In this document: positions 1-6,720 of the stretch, piece by piece
How the letters are laid out: every line of letters starts with the position of its first letter
Numbering within the stretch: position 1 is the first letter of the stretch
Assembly: GCA_002392285.1 (NCBI GenBank)
Contig: DGGR01000012.1
Span: forward strand, 1 to 6,884
Source: Verrucomicrobia bacterium UBA3869
Lineage (GTDB): Bacteria > Verrucomicrobiota > Verrucomicrobiia > Opitutales > UBA9783
DNA: 6,884 nt
Reading direction: 5' to 3'
Translations under genes and position numbers: made by a program
The notes under the pieces: generated by a model
Database searches by the model: none
What the model saw: only the letters and a program-made list of their open reading frames with translations
Told to the model about the DNA's origin: nothing

Positions 1-69
1 TCCGCGGCAAGATTTTCCATCCCGTGAGCAATCAAGCACCTGATTGGGTATTGTAAGGAATCTTTTACG

Positions 70-1689
70 TTGAAATTCTTAAAATTCATCAGTCTGCTTG
101 GGACCCTAGGGTTCTTATTTTTTGCTCATATTGGATCACGTCCGCTTGCGAATCCCGATGAGGGTAGATATGCTAGTATGGGATCCTATATCGTTCAAAG
201 TGGAGATTGGATCGTACCTCATTTAAACGGTCTGGTTTATTTTGAAAAGCCACCCTTGGGGTATTGGATGATTGCCTTGGGGGAAAGGTTATTGGGCACT
301 ACCTTAGTGGGGGCTCGTTGTTTTAACGCTCTCTGTTCTTTGTTGACCTGCTGCGTATTGTATGGCTTTTGCAAACGATTTTTGAGTGCAAAAATTGGAT
401 TATGGGCAGCGTTGATCTATGGAACCGCTGGGCTAGCTTTTGGAATGAGCCAAATGTTAACTTTGGACAATTTACTTACCTTTTGCTTAACGACCACGCT
501 CATCTTATTTGCGAGTGGGTTTTTAGAACCTGATGACAAATGGTCGCATCGCTATTTTATAGGGGCTTACGTATTTATGGGGCTAAGTATTATGACCAAA
601 GGGCTCATTGGCATTGTCTTCCCTGCCCTCATCGGACTCCCTTGGTTAATTTATACTGGGCGCATCAAACAATGGTCCAAAATGCACTGGTTGCAAGGAA
701 TCGGAATTGTGCTACTCATCACTGCTCCTTGGCATATCTTAGTCCAAATGAAACACGATGGATTCGCTCATTTTTATTTCTGGCATGAACATTTCGAGCG
801 CTATACCACATCCGTACATGCGCGAACAAAACCGTGGTATTTTTTACCCAACTCATTCATCCTCGGGCTAATGCCCTGGGCTTTATTTTTACCCCGTGCA
901 CTCATCCAGGGATTTAAGGCAGCACGTTCGCATCCATTTGCAAAGCCTATATTGGTATTCTCCCTTTTATGGAGTAGTCTGATTTTAGGCTTCTTCTCCT
1001 GCTCCCATTCACAACTTATTCCTTATATCCTACCTGCTATTGCCGGAATCATTCCTTGTATTGCTTATGGGTTTGCCAACACTGACTGGAAACAAATCCG
1101 CTTAGAATGTGGCATTTGGGGACTATCCTTTTTAATCGCCAGCTGTATCTTGCCGCACATTGTTGCCAAACGAGCATTCATTCCGGTTCCAGCAACCTTA
1201 CGTTATACGCTACAAACTCTATTGATTCTAGGAGCTTGTGGTAGCCTTGTGTTTTTAAAGCGCCATCCCAAAGCATCGTTTAACATTCTACTGATCACAA
1301 CCATTGGATTATATAGCGTATTTCCAGCCATTATGCCCTATTTTCAACGCCTCAATGGGTATGCTGTCAGCCAATACCTCAAGCAATGTCCATCAAAAGA
1401 TGCTGTTTTTTGCGCCTACAACTACTTCAATGATTTACCGTTTTATTTGCAACACACCATAGGCACCATTAATTGCATCCCCGAAGAGCATCAGTTTGGG
1501 TACAACCTAGACAAAAACAAACGGTATACAACGATCGAGCAATTTAAGACACTCTGGGGAAGTAAACGCCCTTATTATGCGGTTGTTAAGCGCAACGAAG
1601 AAGAGCGTTTTGAAGCAGACATGCAGGGATATGCTATTTACATTTTGACAAAAGATCCATTTTTTACACTCTATAGTAATCAACCATGA
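70..1689 (+). CDS. arnT: ArnT-like GT83 (PMT_2 family) polytopic membrane glycosyltransferase. It probably transfers a sugar from an undecaprenyl-phosphate donor to lipid A or another envelope acceptor.
   Basis: The 539-aa ORF starts at TTG 70, with AAGGA at 55-59 as a plausible SD and an in-frame TGA at 25-27 closing the frame upstream. It is hydrophobic and multi-TM throughout. The N-terminal loop PDEGRYASMGSYIVQSGDWIVPHLNGLVYFEKPPLGYW closely follows the ArnT signature as I recall it from enterobacterial ArnT (DE.RYAE....SGDWIVPHL.G..YFEKP..GYW). MTKGLIGIVFPALIGLPW and FYFWHEHFERY also parallel ArnT motifs. The sugar and acceptor cannot be read from the sequence. Confidence 0.85.
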   Translation: MKFLKFISLLGTLGFLFFAHIGSRPLANPDEGRYASMGSYIVQSGDWIVPHLNGLVYFEKPPLGYWMIALGERLLGTTLVGARCFNALCSLLTCCVLYGFCKRFLSAKIGLWAALIYGTAGLAFGMSQMLTLDNLLTFCLTTTLILFASGFLEPDDKWSHRYFIGAYVFMGLSIMTKGLIGIVFPALIGLPWLIYTGRIKQWSKMHWLQGIGIVLLITAPWHILVQMKHDGFAHFYFWHEHFERYTTSVHARTKPWYFLPNSFILGLMPWALFLPRALIQGFKAARSHPFAKPILVFSLLWSSLILGFFSCSHSQLIPYILPAIAGIIPCIAYGFANTDWKQIRLECGIWGLSFLIASCILPHIVAKRAFIPVPATLRYTLQTLLILGACGSLVFLKRHPKASFNILLITTIGLYSVFPAIMPYFQRLNGYAVSQYLKQCPSKDAVFCAYNYFNDLPFYLQHTIGTINCIPEEHQFGYNLDKNKRYTTIEQFKTLWGSKRPYYAVVKRNEEERFEADMQGYAIYILTKDPFFTLYSNQP

Positions 1690-2714
1690 GCGTTAAAAAC
1701 GAAACGGATCTCGAAGATCAAAACGCAAAAACAAGCCAAAACAAGCACCCCCATTCGGGCTCTGCTAAGAATGAATCCCATCCTGAATTGTCCGTTGTGG
1801 TACCTGCTTACAACGAAGAGCCCAACATTGATGAGCTATGCTCGCGATTAATTGCGGTTTTAGAAGGCACCCATCGTACCTTTGAAATCGTAATCGTCAA
1901 CGATGGCAGTAAGGACCATACGTTAGATAAACTGTTACAGTGGCAAAAGAAGTATCCCACTGTTTTTCGTATTTTAGATTTTAACAGTAATTTTGGGCAT
2001 CATAATGCGCTATGGGCCGGCTTTGAACACGTACGCGGAGATATCATTATCTCAATGGACGCAGACTTACAAAATCCACCGGAAGAACTTCCGAAATTAT
2101 TGGAAAAAACCGACGAAGGCTACGATTATGTCGGCAGTTACCGTTTAGGGAAACGCCAAGACGCAAAATGGCGCGATTGGGCATCGAAAATCGATAACTA
2201 CCTAAGAGGGCACATTACCAATATCGCTATGTCCGACCAAGGTTGTATGTTAAGAGCTTACAAACGCTCCATTATCGACGCCATTATTCACTGCGGAGAT
2301 TATACTGCCTTTATCCCTGTTTTAGCTTATAAATTCGCATCAAAATACACAGAAATCGGCATGCGCCATGCACCTCGTTTTCAAGGCGAAACCAAATACG
2401 GGTTGTATTACCTATTAAGGACCCATTTCGATTTAATGACTGGGTTTTCATTGGTCCCCCTGCAGGTATTCACCCTATTCGGATTTGTGTTAGCGAGTGG
2501 CAACTTCCTACTGGTTATTTATCTCCTGTTAAGACGGATCTTTATTGGTCCCGAAGCGGAGGGAGTATTTACCTTGTTTGCCATCTTGTTTTTCATGGTA
2601 AGCGTTGCTATTGTCGGTATTGGACTCATCGGAGAGTATGTCGGACGAACCTACCAAATTGTACAAGGGCGCCCACGCTACGTTTTGCGTAAGCTATACG
2701 ATACGCAAAAATAG
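1686..2714 (+). CDS. arnC: ArnC-like GT2 undecaprenyl-phosphate glycosyltransferase (polyprenyl-phosphate sugar synthase)
   Basis: The 342-aa ORF has an ATG that overlaps the arnT stop (ATGA at 1686-1689), suggesting translational coupling. GT2 motifs are present: LSVVVPAYNEE, VNDGSKD and DADLQNPPEELPKLL. GCMLRAYKRSIIDAI and the C-terminal two-TM region ending GLIGEYVGRTYQIVQGRPRY match the ArnC subtype as I recall it (GCMLRAYRR.IVDAM; GLLGEYIGRIY...ARPRY). The first 34 or so residues (MSVKNETDLEDQNAKTSQNKHPHSGSAKNESHPE) are a hydrophilic extension. An alternative TTG start at 1788 directly before SVVVPAYNE cannot be excluded. Confidence 0.87.
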   Translation: MSVKNETDLEDQNAKTSQNKHPHSGSAKNESHPELSVVVPAYNEEPNIDELCSRLIAVLEGTHRTFEIVIVNDGSKDHTLDKLLQWQKKYPTVFRILDFNSNFGHHNALWAGFEHVRGDIIISMDADLQNPPEELPKLLEKTDEGYDYVGSYRLGKRQDAKWRDWASKIDNYLRGHITNIAMSDQGCMLRAYKRSIIDAIIHCGDYTAFIPVLAYKFASKYTEIGMRHAPRFQGETKYGLYYLLRTHFDLMTGFSLVPLQVFTLFGFVLASGNFLLVIYLLLRRIFIGPEAEGVFTLFAILFFMVSVAIVGIGLIGEYVGRTYQIVQGRPRYVLRKLYDTQK

Positions 2715-2818
2715 CCAGCGTATTAGGACTTTAGCTAAACGCAAACGCACATTGGAATTACCAAACTTCGATAAAATAAACTTGATTGATTAGAAAAAAT
2801 TTCAGATAGTTCGTCATT

Positions 2819-2956
2819 ATGCATCCTACTTATTCACCATCAAAATTAAAACGGGTACGTATGTGTGGATTCCGTGCACGGCAAGCAACCAAAGGCGGAA
2901 GACAAGTACTCGCCGCAAGACGCAGTAAAGGACGGCGCAAGTTAACTCAAGTGTAG
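2819..2956 (+). CDS. rpmH: 50S ribosomal protein L34
   Basis: This gene is not in the ORF track because it is too short. Manual translation from ATG 2819 to TAG 2954-2956 gives [45 protein letters not shown] (45 aa). That matches the L34 consensus pattern (..TYQPSK.KR.R.HGFRARMAT..GR.VL..RR.KGRK.L). It sits in the canonical position immediately upstream of rnpA. Confidence 0.93.
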   Translation: MHPTYSPSKLKRVRMCGFRARQATKGGRQVLAARRSKGRRKLTQV

Positions 2957-2957
2957 T

Positions 2958-3320
2958 GTGAAGCGAAATCAACGATTGCATAAAACGATTGATTTTCAAA
3001 TCTTGTATCGCGCGGGTTATAAGATAACCTTACGTGGATTGATACTTTATTACCATCCTTCACACACAGCCGATCACCGTATGGGTATTGTTATCTCACG
3101 CAAAATAGGACATGCAGTCATCCGTAATCGCTTCAAACGCCATATGCGTGTCTTGTTCCATCTATTTCAAACAAAAATCAACACCTTTGGAGATTTAGTG
3201 TGGGTTGCAACACGCCCATCGATCGCTCGTTTATCCTTCGAAGCATTGCAAAATCGGGTTAATGACGGCCTTAATCAGTTAAATCTTCACCTACAAAACA
3301 CACGTGAAGCGCAAGCGTAA
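2958..3320 (+). CDS. rnpA: Ribonuclease P protein component
   Basis: The 120-aa ORF has a GTG start 1 nt after the rpmH stop. It is small and basic, and it carries the RNR motif region GHAVIRNRFKRHMR, which is characteristic of bacterial RnpA (A..RNR.KR..R). The N-terminal RLHKTIDFQILY resembles the conserved RL.K...F..V segment. The rpmH-rnpA-yidD-yidC synteny is canonical. Confidence 0.9.
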   Translation: MKRNQRLHKTIDFQILYRAGYKITLRGLILYYHPSHTADHRMGIVISRKIGHAVIRNRFKRHMRVLFHLFQTKINTFGDLVWVATRPSIARLSFEALQNRVNDGLNQLNLHLQNTREAQA

Positions 3321-3329
3321 AGTAGTCAT

Positions 3330-3611
3330 ATGAATCAAGGGTTACGAACTATTTTCTATTATTCCGATCGATTCATTGCTACATTATTAAGCATCATGGT
3401 TCGCCTTTACCAGCTGTTATTATCACCCCTACAAAACGGATTATCGTCAGTTGTAGGGTTTCGGTGCGGCTGTCGTTTTCTACCCACCTGCTCCGATTAT
3501 GCCCTTCAATGCCTACACAAGCATCCGTTTCATCGTGCTTGCTGGTTTATTTTTAAACGCTTATTGCGGTGCCAATCGCTCTGCAAAAGCGGTTATGACC
3601 CTATCCCTTAA
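3330..3611 (+). CDS. yidD: Membrane protein insertion efficiency factor YidD
   Basis: The 93-aa ORF contains the YidD signature YQLLLSPL....CRFLPTCSDYALQCL......FKRLLRC....GYDPIP. Compared with YidD as I recall it, there is an insertion of about 8 aa (GLSSVVGFR) before the CRF.PTCS motif, and the usual RCHP is RCQS. The start is uncertain: ATG 3330 gives an N-terminal extension, and an internal ATG at 3396 (MVRLYQLL...) would give a more typical length. Confidence 0.85.
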   Translation: MNQGLRTIFYYSDRFIATLLSIMVRLYQLLLSPLQNGLSSVVGFRCGCRFLPTCSDYALQCLHKHPFHRACWFIFKRLLRCQSLCKSGYDPIP

Positions 3612-3613
3612 TC

Positions 3614-5266
3614 ATGGACAAAAAAAATCTTATCATTGGAAGCCTCTGTTTGTTTGCAGCCTTTTGGTTGTTCGTTAGTCAAAGCAAATCCATCGAACAA
3701 AGTGCTGCGGTTACAACAGCGGATATTACTAAAGTAACCAATTCTACTCAAGAAAGCCCATCGGCTGCGCATGCAGGACCGGTTAACAACTGTACGTTGT
3801 TTTCGATGCCCGCTCATCAAGAAGATAGCAAGTGTATTGTGTTAGAAAATAACGCCCTAAAACTTTGTTTTTCAACTCTAACCGGCGGTATTCAATCGGC
3901 CGAGCTGAAACAATTTCCGCTTAAGCAGGGGCAAGCAACGCCTTATGTCTTTAACCAAGGTGCTCCTCTACCCGCACTAACCTTAAGTTTTGACCCTAAA
4001 GGCGCACCCTTAACAACATTCAAGGTTACCGAGCAAACAGCCCACTCAATTCAATTGAATACAACCCTAAGCGATGGTACTCAAATTGTACGCGTTTATC
4101 GCTTACCTGAATCGGATGCAGAAAACCCCTATCTGATTCAAACAGACATTATGGTTCGCCAACCTGAAGCCGCTAACGCATCCTTAACCCACAATGGGAT
4201 TTGGGTGTCCTTAGGTCGGATGTTTGGTTCTGAAAGCGATCCACAGCAAGAATATTTAAATTTTTGCGCTTATGATGGTTCTAAAACCGAATTTCAACGC
4301 CTTGCTGAATTTGAGGCCAGCAATGGATTCCTGGGGTTGGGGAAGCACGAAGCGCATGCTTATTTAGAAGAAAGTAAATCCTTTGTATGGGGAGCGCTAA
4401 AAAATCAGTTTTTTGCTGCTATTTTGACCCCGCAAACCCCTGCAAGCCGTTATATTTCCTTCCCATCGAAAGACGCGGAACAATCCTACTTAAATGGATT
4501 TTTGGAACTACCTTTGACTCAAAGCAATCACAAATTGTCTGCAACCTACTATGTGGGTCCAAAACAGTACCTGTTGTTGGAAAAAATGGGGAAAAATCAA
4601 GACGAACTCATGCAGTTTGGTTTGTTCAGTGCGGTTAGCAAGGTCTTGTTGATGGGTATGCATGCCATCCATCACGTCGTGCCCAACTGGGGATGGGTTA
4701 TCCTTATCTTAACGGTCATCATTAAAGTGCTCATGTGGCCTATTACGCAGATGCAACTCAATTCTTCAAAAAAAATGGGTTCCATCCAAGAGCCGTTAAA
4801 GAAGATTAAAGAAAAGTACAAATCCAATCCGCAAAAGCTTCAGGAAGAAACCATGAAACTATTTAAGGAAAATCGCATCAGTCCAGCCTCAGGATGCTTG
4901 CCTCTGTTGATTCAAATCCCCATTTTCATCGGATTGTATTGCGTATTACGTTCCGCATCGGAAATCCGTTTTCAATCCTTCCTGTGGATCAAAGATTTAT
5001 CCATGCCGGATACTATCGGTAGGTTAGGGAGCTTTCCGCTGAACATCATGCCCTTAATCATGGGAGTTACCATGCTCATTCAAATGAAGATGACGCCAAC
5101 CCCAACGGCCGATGGAAGTCAGCAAAAAATGTTGTTGTTGATGCCGTTCATTTTCTTGTTCTTCTGCTACGGATTTCCGTCTGCATTGGTTCTCTACTGG
5201 ACGGCACAAAATGTATTTACAATTTTACAACAACTGCTTACCAATCGTAATAAGAAAACCGCCTAA
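3614..5266 (+). CDS. yidC: Membrane protein insertase YidC (Gram-negative type with a large periplasmic P1 domain)
   Basis: The 550-aa ORF starts 2 nt after the yidD stop. It has an N-terminal signal-anchor (LIIGSLCLFAAFWLFV), then a soluble domain of about 330 aa. The conserved 60-kDa inner-membrane-insertase core follows: WGWVILILTVIIKVLMWPITQMQ..S.KKM..IQEPLKKIKEKYKSNPQKLQEETMKLFKENRISPASGCLPLLIQIPIFIGLY...YWTAQNVFTILQQ. Confidence 0.94.
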   Translation: MDKKNLIIGSLCLFAAFWLFVSQSKSIEQSAAVTTADITKVTNSTQESPSAAHAGPVNNCTLFSMPAHQEDSKCIVLENNALKLCFSTLTGGIQSAELKQFPLKQGQATPYVFNQGAPLPALTLSFDPKGAPLTTFKVTEQTAHSIQLNTTLSDGTQIVRVYRLPESDAENPYLIQTDIMVRQPEAANASLTHNGIWVSLGRMFGSESDPQQEYLNFCAYDGSKTEFQRLAEFEASNGFLGLGKHEAHAYLEESKSFVWGALKNQFFAAILTPQTPASRYISFPSKDAEQSYLNGFLELPLTQSNHKLSATYYVGPKQYLLLEKMGKNQDELMQFGLFSAVSKVLLMGMHAIHHVVPNWGWVILILTVIIKVLMWPITQMQLNSSKKMGSIQEPLKKIKEKYKSNPQKLQEETMKLFKENRISPASGCLPLLIQIPIFIGLYCVLRSASEIRFQSFLWIKDLSMPDTIGRLGSFPLNIMPLIMGVTMLIQMKMTPTPTADGSQQKMLLLMPFIFLFFCYGFPSALVLYWTAQNVFTILQQLLTNRNKKTA

Positions 5267-5279
5267 TCTTTTTGTCGTT

Positions 5280-6044
5280 ATGTCCGGTCATAGTAAATGG
5301 AAAACAATTAAACACGCTAAAGCAGCCACCGATGCAAAACGTGGTAAGATCTTTAGCATTATTGGAAAAGAAATTACGCTCGCAGCAAAGGCCGGCGGTG
5401 GAAATCCTGACTTCAATCCCCAATTACGCACCATACTGGCTAAAGCAAAATCCGCCAACATGCCCAGCGATAACATCAAACGAGCCATTCAAAAAGGAAC
5501 GGGGGAAATCCCTGGCATCCAAATCGAAGAACTCACCTATGAGGGTTATGGCCCAGGCGGAGTCGGTTTCATAGTAGAAGTTACGACGGATAGTAAAAAT
5601 CGAGCAGTTTCGGATGTACGCAGTGTATTTACCCGCTGTAACGGAAATCTGGCAGAACCAGGAGCGTTAAGCTTTATCTTTCAACGCAAGGGACAAGTGC
5701 TCATTGCGCGCGAACAAATACAAGAAGAAGCGCTATTGGATCTTGCTTTAGCAGCTGGCGCTGAAGATGTTATTACCGAAGCGGATCACTACGAAGTACT
5801 CTGTCCGGTTGCTAACTTTTACACTATGGTAAAAGCATTGGAAGATGCCAAACTGAAGCTGGATTTTGCTGAGTTAGTCTACTTACCAGCTGAAGGTACT
5901 ACCATCAACATCACCGATGTAGATATCAAAAATAAGCTGGAGGATTTAACCGAGCGCTTAGAAGATCTTGAAGATGTTAAATCCGTCTATTCCAATTACG
6001 AATTAGATGCAAGCATAAGTTTAGCCGATCCTGATGCCGAATAG
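5280..6044 (+). CDS. yebC: YebC/PmpR/TACO1-family protein (DUF28). It is usually annotated as a transcriptional regulator, though family members have also been reported to act on the ribosome.
   Basis: The ORF-track frame opens at 5211, but that stretch overlaps the yidC 3' end and is not homologous to the family. The family-typical N-terminus MSGHSKWKTIKHAKAATDAKRGKIFS begins at ATG 5280. Further family motifs are present: YEGYGPGGVGFIVEVTTDSKNRAVSDVR and an acidic C-terminus ending LEDLEDVKSVYSNYEL. Confidence 0.92.
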   Translation: MSGHSKWKTIKHAKAATDAKRGKIFSIIGKEITLAAKAGGGNPDFNPQLRTILAKAKSANMPSDNIKRAIQKGTGEIPGIQIEELTYEGYGPGGVGFIVEVTTDSKNRAVSDVRSVFTRCNGNLAEPGALSFIFQRKGQVLIAREQIQEEALLDLALAAGAEDVITEADHYEVLCPVANFYTMVKALEDAKLKLDFAELVYLPAEGTTINITDVDIKNKLEDLTERLEDLEDVKSVYSNYELDASISLADPDAE

Positions 6045-6648
6045 CCCCATTTTCGAGGTTTTGTCTGAAACCCCTGAATGGATTGGTATTGCAAAACCAA
6101 GCGGTCAATCCATCGATGCGGTTAAGGATTTTTTAAAAAAAGCTTATCCTGAGCAAAAATTTGCCTGCGTTTATCAGCTAGAAAACGCCATTGCGGGCCC
6201 TGTATTATTTGCCAAAACGCTTGAAGCTCGCAATACGCTGAAAAATGCGTATGGTTCCTACCAATTCTCATTCATCTTCGACGGATGGGGGGTCAGCGAA
6301 AAAACCTTATCGGAGCCATGGGATTGCGATTTATCCATTGCTTGGGACGAACGTAAAAACCGCGCATTCCCTTCAAAAAAACATGGGAAAAAATCCCTAA
6401 CTCACTTCGAGATTTTATCCGCAATCCATCCGTTTTACCGTTTTAGCGCACAAACGACTTATTTACGCACCCAACAATTGCAAATTCATACGCACTTTTC
6501 TCATTTAGATATCCTCGGAGACCCCTTAGCACCTACAACACTTCCGGTAACCAATCTTCAACTGATCATGCGTTCAGTTAGCTTTCCATCCTCTACACTC
6601 AGCATTCCCTTACCCGCCTCCTGGGATACGCTACCTCAAACTTTATAG
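6034..6648 (+). CDS. RluA-family pseudouridine synthase homolog with a degenerate catalytic motif (possible pseudoenzyme)
   Basis: The 204-aa intact ORF has an ATG that overlaps the yebC 3' end by 11 nt. By eye it is collinear with RluA-type synthases: IGIAKPSG (..V.KP.G), VYQLENAIAGPVLFAKT (vs .HRLD..TSG....AKT), GKKSLTHFEIL (GK.A.T.Y.V.), TYLRTQQLQIH (vs TGR.HQIR.H) and DILGDPL (PI.GD..Y). The position expected to hold the catalytic Asp reads Glu, and several flanking invariant residues are replaced. Confidence 0.7.
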   Translation: MPNSPIFEVLSETPEWIGIAKPSGQSIDAVKDFLKKAYPEQKFACVYQLENAIAGPVLFAKTLEARNTLKNAYGSYQFSFIFDGWGVSEKTLSEPWDCDLSIAWDERKNRAFPSKKHGKKSLTHFEILSAIHPFYRFSAQTTYLRTQQLQIHTHFSHLDILGDPLAPTTLPVTNLQLIMRSVSFPSSTLSIPLPASWDTLPQTL

Positions 6649-6684
6649 CCCATCGTAAAGCATTTATAGCTTTCGTCTTTCGGA

Positions 6685-6714
6685 TTGCATCCCCTAGGTC
6701 AATTAACCTATGAT
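6685..6714 (+). promoter_or_regulatory. Candidate sigma70-type promoter for rnpB (-35 TTGCAT, 18-nt spacer, -10 TATGAT)
   Basis: TTGCAT lies at 6685-6690 and TATGAT at 6709-6714 (5/6 match to TATAAT). This would place a start near the GG at 6721-6722, about 33 nt before the P4 GGAAAGUCC element. It is a motif match only, and the -35 element is weak (3/6). Confidence 0.3.
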
Positions 6715-6720
6715 GATCTT

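Noticed and set aside
1-27. Possible 3' end of an upstream + strand CDS (..SAARFSIP then TGA at 25-27)
   Set aside because: Only 8 codons are visible, so no homology or codon statistics are possible. It cannot be supported from this window.
540-788. 82-aa + strand ORF inside the arnT-like gene
   Set aside because: It lies in an alternative frame wholly nested in a 539-aa ORF that has strong family motifs. It has no recognisable motif or start context of its own, so it is most likely a chance ORF.
2605-2793. 62-aa + strand ORF spanning the arnC 3' end and the arnC-rpmH spacer
   Set aside because: Most of it overlaps the well-supported ArnC C-terminal TM region in another frame. It has no SD, and its composition is basic and low-complexity, as expected for an out-of-frame reading.
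2864-2872. DnaA-box-like 9-mer TGTGGATTC (7/9 match to TGTGGATAA) near rpmH, where oriC/dnaA often lies in other bacteria
   Set aside because: It is a single imperfect copy inside the rpmH coding sequence, where it encodes the conserved CGF(R) residues. There is no cluster of boxes, no AT-rich unwinding element and no dnaA gene in the window.
3620-3627. A8 homopolymer just after the yidC start (and another A8 at 4768-4775) as a possible slipped-strand phase-variation switch
   Set aside because: Both tracts simply encode Lys-rich segments (DKKN, SKKM) of an essential housekeeping gene in an AT-leaning genome. Nothing in the context suggests contingency-locus behaviour.
3608-3820. 70-aa minus-strand ORF antisense to the yidC 5' end
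   Set aside because: It is entirely antisense to a confidently called essential gene. It has no motifs, and it would be the only minus-strand gene in a uniformly + strand cluster.
4387-4638. 83-aa + strand ORF inside yidC
   Set aside because: It is a nested alternative frame within the YidC periplasmic domain and has no independent support.
5211-5279. N-terminal extension of the yebC ORF as given in the ORF track (MYLQFYNNCLPIVIRKPPNLFVV)
   Set aside because: This segment overlaps the last 56 nt of yidC and has no counterpart in YebC-family proteins. The family-typical N-terminus MSGHSKW starts at ATG 5280, so I called the CDS from 5280.
5238-5574. Three short ORFs overlapping the yebC 5' region (5272-5574 +, 5238-5423 -, 5288-5488 -)
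   Set aside because: All are out of frame with or antisense to a strongly supported YebC coding sequence, and none has a recognisable motif.
6654-6675. Possible rho-independent terminator after the RluA-like gene: CGTAAAGC-ATTTATA-GCTTTCG followed by TCTTTC
   Set aside because: The stem is short, A/T-rich and has a bulge, and the tail is not a clean U-run. This is too weak to call, though it may still contribute to insulating rnpB from upstream transcription.
6640-6683. Short direct repeats in the spacer before rnpB (TTTATAGC twice, CTTTCG twice)
   Set aside because: They are 6-8 nt long and low-complexity, so they are expected by chance in AT-leaning intergenic DNA. One copy includes the stop codon of the upstream gene, and they match no known operator or repeat family that I recognise.
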